From the NCBI GenBank assembly GCA_964559585.1, contig CAZLHE010000001.1:1-45254 (forward strand): a stretch of 45,254 nt of DNA, in the 5' to 3' direction. The notes below the pieces were generated by a model. The model was given only the letters and a program-made list of their open reading frames with translations. It did not search any database and was not told the origin of the DNA. Both the position numbers and the translations under genes were made by a program. The stretch comes from an uncultured Candidatus Saccharibacteria bacterium (GTDB lineage: Bacteria; Patescibacteriota; WWE3; UBA101185; UBA10185). Shown here piece after piece: positions 41,984 to 45,254 of this stretch (positions within the stretch are counted from its first letter, which is position 1; each line of letters begins with the position of its first letter).

Positions 41984-43795
41984 TTAGTCCAATTCCCATG
42001 CAACTGGTAGTGTGCCTTTGAAGGGGTAGTCTCCGAACAGGATATCAGCCACACCCTGTCCCTCACTACCGGGTAACCATGCTGCGACAATGGCGTCCCA
42101 ATCTCGATAGTACTTATTTATATCGAGTGGTCTGCCAGATACTATTACTACAACTACCTTCTTACTGACCGCCTTTATTCTCTGTATAGCTAAAAGGTCA
42201 ACTTCGCTTAGTGAGGGGTGTTCGGAGTCTCCCCACCCTTCGGCATAAGGCTTTTCACCAACAACAACAATTCCAACATCTGCAAAATCATTTTCCATAG
42301 AAAAATCTCCTTTTTCGTTATATTCAACCTCTGTATTTTTAGAAGCCGTATTTTTTATTGCCTCAAGTATAGTGGTCCCTAAAATACCATAATTACCATC
42401 TATGCCTTGCCACTCTGTCGTCCATCCTCCTGCCTGGCGGCCTAGATTGTCTGCTGATGCTCCAGCAACTACAATTTTGTTCAATGATTTAGATAGCGGC
42501 AATACAGAGTTTTTATTTTTTAATAGTACCTGAGATTTACGAACTGCTTCCCTGGCTAACTCACGATGTTGGTCGTTGCCTATAACAGACAATCCTTCTG
42601 GCTGGGCCTCGGGGCGGTCAAATAATCCTGTCTCAAATTTTACAGTTAAAATTCTTTTTACGGCATCGTCTATTCTCTCTTTTGTTATGTCGCCATTAGA
42701 TAAAGCCCTTTGCATATTAGTCATAAAGTCTTTGTATGTAAACGGGGTCATTACCATATCAATACCTGCATTAATCGCAATTACCAGAGAATCATATTTG
42801 CTAGGCGAGATTGCATAAACTCCCCACCAATCAGAGACTATAAAACCGGAAAAGCTAAGCTCGTTTTTTAATACATCTGTTAAAAGATAATGATTAGTAG
42901 AATTTAATTTACCTTTCCAACTGCCCGTGTTTACCATAATAACTCGTGCTCCGCCAGCCACGGCTTTTTGAAAAGGAACGAGGTGGACTTGGCGCAAAGT
43001 TTTTTCGTCTAAAGTTATATCTCCCTCTTCAATTTTGAAATCTTTATTACGGGAAGTTCCATATTCCATATCTCCACCAGCTATAAAGTGTTTGGAACTA
43101 GCTAACACTTTTAAATAGCCCTCGGAGGAATTCTGAGTTCCTTTTAGATAAGCTAAGCCTAGTTGTGAAACATTTGTGGTATCTGATCCGAAAGTTTCAT
43201 ATGTTTTACCCCAACGAATATCCTTAACAACATCAAGATTGGGAGCGAAGTTCCAATAAATCCCAGTGGCAGCCATCTCTTCTGCAGTTGCTTCCGCAAC
43301 TCGTCTTACTAAATCCGGGTCCCTGGTTGCCCCCAAACCAATAAAATGAGGAAAAATTGTAGCTCCCAAAACATTACCATGCCCGTGTATAGCATCAGTT
43401 CCATAGAGAAGCGGTATTCCTAGACAAGTTTTTTTTGTTGCTGATTGGAAGTTGTTTATCATTTGAAGCCATGCCAATGGAGTGTCTTGTTTAGGCCCCG
43501 CCCCACCGCCACTCAATAACGCTCCCAAATTATATTGTGTGATATCGTTAATGTTGTGAATGCTGTTTTTTTCAATTAAAACCATTTGACCAATTTTTTC
43601 CCAATCATTCATTTTACTCATTAAGTCATTTACTCTATCTTGGATGGGCAAATTAGAATTCAAGTATGGTAAATCTTTTTGTTTGCATCTCTCAGATAAA
43701 TTATCATTGCGTGGAATTGCGCGTTTATTTTTTAACGCAAAAAAACCTAAAGTTAGAAGTATTACAGTGCAAAACAATATCGATAAATACTTCAT
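41984..43795 (-). CDS. glycoside hydrolase family 3 (beta-glucosidase/BglX-like), N-terminally anchored
   Basis: 603 aa with an N-terminal TM helix. GH3 motifs are present: KHFIAGGDMEYG, and the nucleophile context SGFIVSDWWGV. The C-terminal domain has VVVIVSGRPL. Confidence 0.85.
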   Translation of the reverse strand: MKYLSILFCTVILLTLGFFALKNKRAIPRNDNLSERCKQKDLPYLNSNLPIQDRVNDLMSKMNDWEKIGQMVLIEKNSIHNINDITQYNLGALLSGGGAGPKQDTPLAWLQMINNFQSATKKTCLGIPLLYGTDAIHGHGNVLGATIFPHFIGLGATRDPDLVRRVAEATAEEMAATGIYWNFAPNLDVVKDIRWGKTYETFGSDTTNVSQLGLAYLKGTQNSSEGYLKVLASSKHFIAGGDMEYGTSRNKDFKIEEGDITLDEKTLRQVHLVPFQKAVAGGARVIMVNTGSWKGKLNSTNHYLLTDVLKNELSFSGFIVSDWWGVYAISPSKYDSLVIAINAGIDMVMTPFTYKDFMTNMQRALSNGDITKERIDDAVKRILTVKFETGLFDRPEAQPEGLSVIGNDQHRELAREAVRKSQVLLKNKNSVLPLSKSLNKIVVAGASADNLGRQAGGWTTEWQGIDGNYGILGTTILEAIKNTASKNTEVEYNEKGDFSMENDFADVGIVVVGEKPYAEGWGDSEHPSLSEVDLLAIQRIKAVSKKVVVVIVSGRPLDINKYYRDWDAIVAAWLPGSEGQGVADILFGDYPFKGTLPVAWELD

Positions 43796-43834
43796 AAACT
43801 AATGATAATACTATAAAGGAATACAAACTACCAA

Positions 43835-43865
43835 TTGGCTCCCCATAGTGGACCTTATGCGAACC
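43835..43865. repeat. cassette-boundary repeat R2, copy b (31-nt core)
   Basis: The sequence is TTGGCTCCCCATAGTGGACCTTATGCGAACC. Confidence 0.75.
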
Positions 43866-43910
43866 GTTGAGAAGTTAGTGTTTGCTAAGGCACAATGGAT
43901 GTAGGGGGTA

Positions 43911-44381
43911 TTAGTTATGAGGTGAATTTCGCTGTTTTAATGCCTCATCAATCAAAAACACCTGATTTTTTCGAAGAAGGGGAAGTTTGTCTTGGGTAAA
44001 GAAACCGCATTCAGAGACTTCATGAGTTGGGATGAAATCTCCACCAATTAGAACACCGATGTAACACATATCCAAACGGGCAGTGTCACGGTCGGTACGA
44101 GTTTTGAGTGATTCATCGATACTAACAACCAACCCTGACTCTTCTTCGATTTCTCTTTCTAGTGCTTCGCGGGGATGCTCACCGGATTTTAAATAACCAC
44201 CGGGTAAACTCCAAGCGTGTGATCTATAAGTATGTTTGAAAAGAAGAATTTCGTTTTTATCATTAAAAATAATCCCGGTGACACCAACTAAAAATCTATC
44301 TTGAAAAAAACGCATGACCAACAGTTGAAGACCTTTGGGGAGATGAAGTGCTTTCCAAAGTTTTGCTAGTAATGTTTTCAT
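43911..44381 (-). CDS. NUDIX hydrolase
   Basis: 156 aa. The Nudix box is GGYLKSGEHPREALEREIEEESGL (GX5EX7REUXEEXGU). Confidence 0.85.
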   Translation of the reverse strand: MKTLLAKLWKALHLPKGLQLLVMRFFQDRFLVGVTGIIFNDKNEILLFKHTYRSHAWSLPGGYLKSGEHPREALEREIEEESGLVVSIDESLKTRTDRDTARLDMCYIGVLIGGDFIPTHEVSECGFFTQDKLPLLRKNQVFLIDEALKQRNSPHN

Positions 44382-44722
44382 AAAGCGTTCGGATCTTCCG
44401 GTTTGACACCCTCGCCATGTTGTAGTTTTTCGTTTTCTAACTCTAATTGGTGGACACGTTTGGTTAACTCAAGCACCTCGTCTTTCCCTTTTTTTATTTC
44501 GTTATCTTTCCCACGGATTTTAAAGGAGATAGAAATGGCGTGGATAAGGTAAACCACATAGGACAGTACTAATCCGAAGAGCAGTGAACCAACAATTACG
44601 TAAAACAGTGGAATATTCGAAAAAGCATACCACCCCAAATTAACTGAAACCGGCGTAAAATTAAATTTTGATATATAGACAAGGATTAAGCCGACAACCA
44701 AAAGCAAGATTAAAACTAACAT
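44378..44722 (-). CDS. LapA-domain (DUF1049-like) membrane protein with C-terminal coiled coil
   Basis: 114 aa with two TM helices followed by KGKDEVLELTKRVHQLELENEKLQ. It overlaps the NUDIX gene by 4 nt. A TACAAT lies 7 nt upstream of its ATG. Confidence 0.5.
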   Translation of the reverse strand: MLVLILLLVVGLILVYISKFNFTPVSVNLGWYAFSNIPLFYVIVGSLLFGLVLSYVVYLIHAISISFKIRGKDNEIKKGKDEVLELTKRVHQLELENEKLQHGEGVKPEDPNAL

Positions 44723-44804
44723 ATACTTTATTGTACGCTTATCTAGTGTCCTTAAGGTACTTACGTAATAAGTTTAATCCTCGTGTGAGTTGAAAAAATA
44801 GCCT

Positions 44805-44939
44805 ATGGATGAGGTGAAAATAGAGTTGCGTAGAGTTCGGATAACACGTGCTTGGCTCCGCATCGTGAACAACGTTAGAACCATTTTTGAGAGGAAAGGT
44901 GAGTATATCTACATTCCCGACTTAAGACCAACAGTTTAG
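44805..44939 (+). CDS. possible 44-aa ORF whose C-terminal two-thirds is repeat R1b
   Basis: Hand translation gives MDEVKIELRRVRITRAWLRIVNNVRTIFERKGEYIYIPDLRPTV. There is no SD. The R1a copy has the same reading frame and stop position but no start codon. Confidence 0.25.
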   Translation: MDEVKIELRRVRITRAWLRIVNNVRTIFERKGEYIYIPDLRPTV

Positions 44940-44971
44940 TTTTTACCCCACCACACCACTCACTATTGTTT
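44852..44971. repeat. cassette-boundary repeat R1, copy b (~120 nt)
   Basis: TTGGCTCCGCATCGTGAACAACGTTAGAACCATTTTTGAGAGG...CACTCACTATTGTTT aligns with 41309-41426. Confidence 0.7.
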
Positions 44972-44981
44972 ACATATTTAG

Positions 44982-45254
44982 TTATCCGCCCAAAACTTTC
45001 GTGATCTCCCTTTTAAGCCTGGAAAAGCCATGTTTATTAAGATTCAATTCTTTAACCTCAAAGGTCTCGTCTAGGAAAACCTTAAGGCTATCTAAGCTCG
45101 TTTGTAAGTTGTAGATTTTCGAAATCTCCTTAATCTTGCTAAGTTCAACGACCCCTGAATTTATAAGAGCCAGTATGTCGATAAGATCCTTTCTTCCTTT
45201 ATTTGAGCGGCCTCTTTGTTGCAGTGTGAAAATTTTTAGAACCGCAAGATAGTT
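44982..45254 (-). CDS. 3' part of a CDS truncated by the window edge (hypothetical)
   Basis: The minus-strand frame is open from the window end to the TAA at 44984-44982 (90 codons). It reads ...QQRGRSNKGRKDLIDILALINSGVVELSKIKEI...REITKVLGG. It is absent from the ORF track because it has no start codon. Confidence 0.4.
   Translation of the reverse strand, partial: NYLAVLKIFTLQQRGRSNKGRKDLIDILALINSGVVELSKIKEISKIYNLQTSLDSLKVFLDETFEVKELNLNKHGFSRLKREITKVLGG

Noticed and set aside
41309-44971. Whether the R1/R2 repeats (or the A/B/C repeats at 20.6 and 27.2-27.5 kb) form a CRISPR array
   Set aside because: There are only 3-4 diverged copies, the spacing is irregular from 0.3 to 2 kb, and the intervening sequence holds full genes. 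No cas genes are present. This is not CRISPR.
1-45254. Alternative genetic code (UGA recoding as in some CPR lineages)
   Set aside because: Very long ORFs of up to 1347 aa are intact under the standard code. TGA is also used as the stop in several conserved ATGA stop-start overlaps (20505, 27824, 40008, 25408).

Overview
AT-rich bacterial window. Gene style suggests a small-genome Candidate Phyla Radiation/Patescibacteria-type organism: many tiny membrane proteins, giant surface proteins and leaderless genes. That placement is an inference, not a marker phylogeny. Housekeeping genes I recognise are L25/Ctc, SmpB with an adjacent tmRNA, DnaG-RpoD, dCMP deaminase, a SpoIID-domain enzyme, six tRNAs (four of them Ser-type) and a double-ring Clp/Hsp100 ATPase. 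I found no rRNA, CRISPR array, integrase, transposase or reverse transcriptase. The most interesting block is 6973-17907. It holds four tandem paralogues of a VirB2/TrbC-type pilin module; the first is fused to a Cys-rich ectodomain with about 30 Cys, and the fourth carries a Cys-Pro tail. Next to them are a VirB6/TrbL-like polytopic protein and two giant proteins of 1049 and 1347 aa. A SpoIID peptidoglycan-remodelling gene is transcribed divergently. No secretion ATPase lies in this block. I read it as a candidate non-canonical surface or host-contact apparatus. Other signals: a Ser-type tRNA with anticodon ACU (A34) beside tRNA-Ser(GCU), plus a tRNA-Arg(GCG). tRNA-Ser 3'-end-like repeats punctuate small membrane-protein genes, including a duplicated two-gene micro-cassette. 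Region 41.3-45.0 kb is a cassette-like accessory region in which a four-copy repeat family delimits GH3, NUDIX/LapA and small-membrane modules, next to an AbiE-like pair. There is also a Doc toxin module with a palindromic operator, a membrane-anchored Clp ATPase with no M-domain or ClpP loop visible, a CPBP-like gene split at a T7 run, and a recurrent TGnTAnAAT-N6-ATG leaderless promoter architecture. All functional calls rest on motif recognition by eye; no searches were run.
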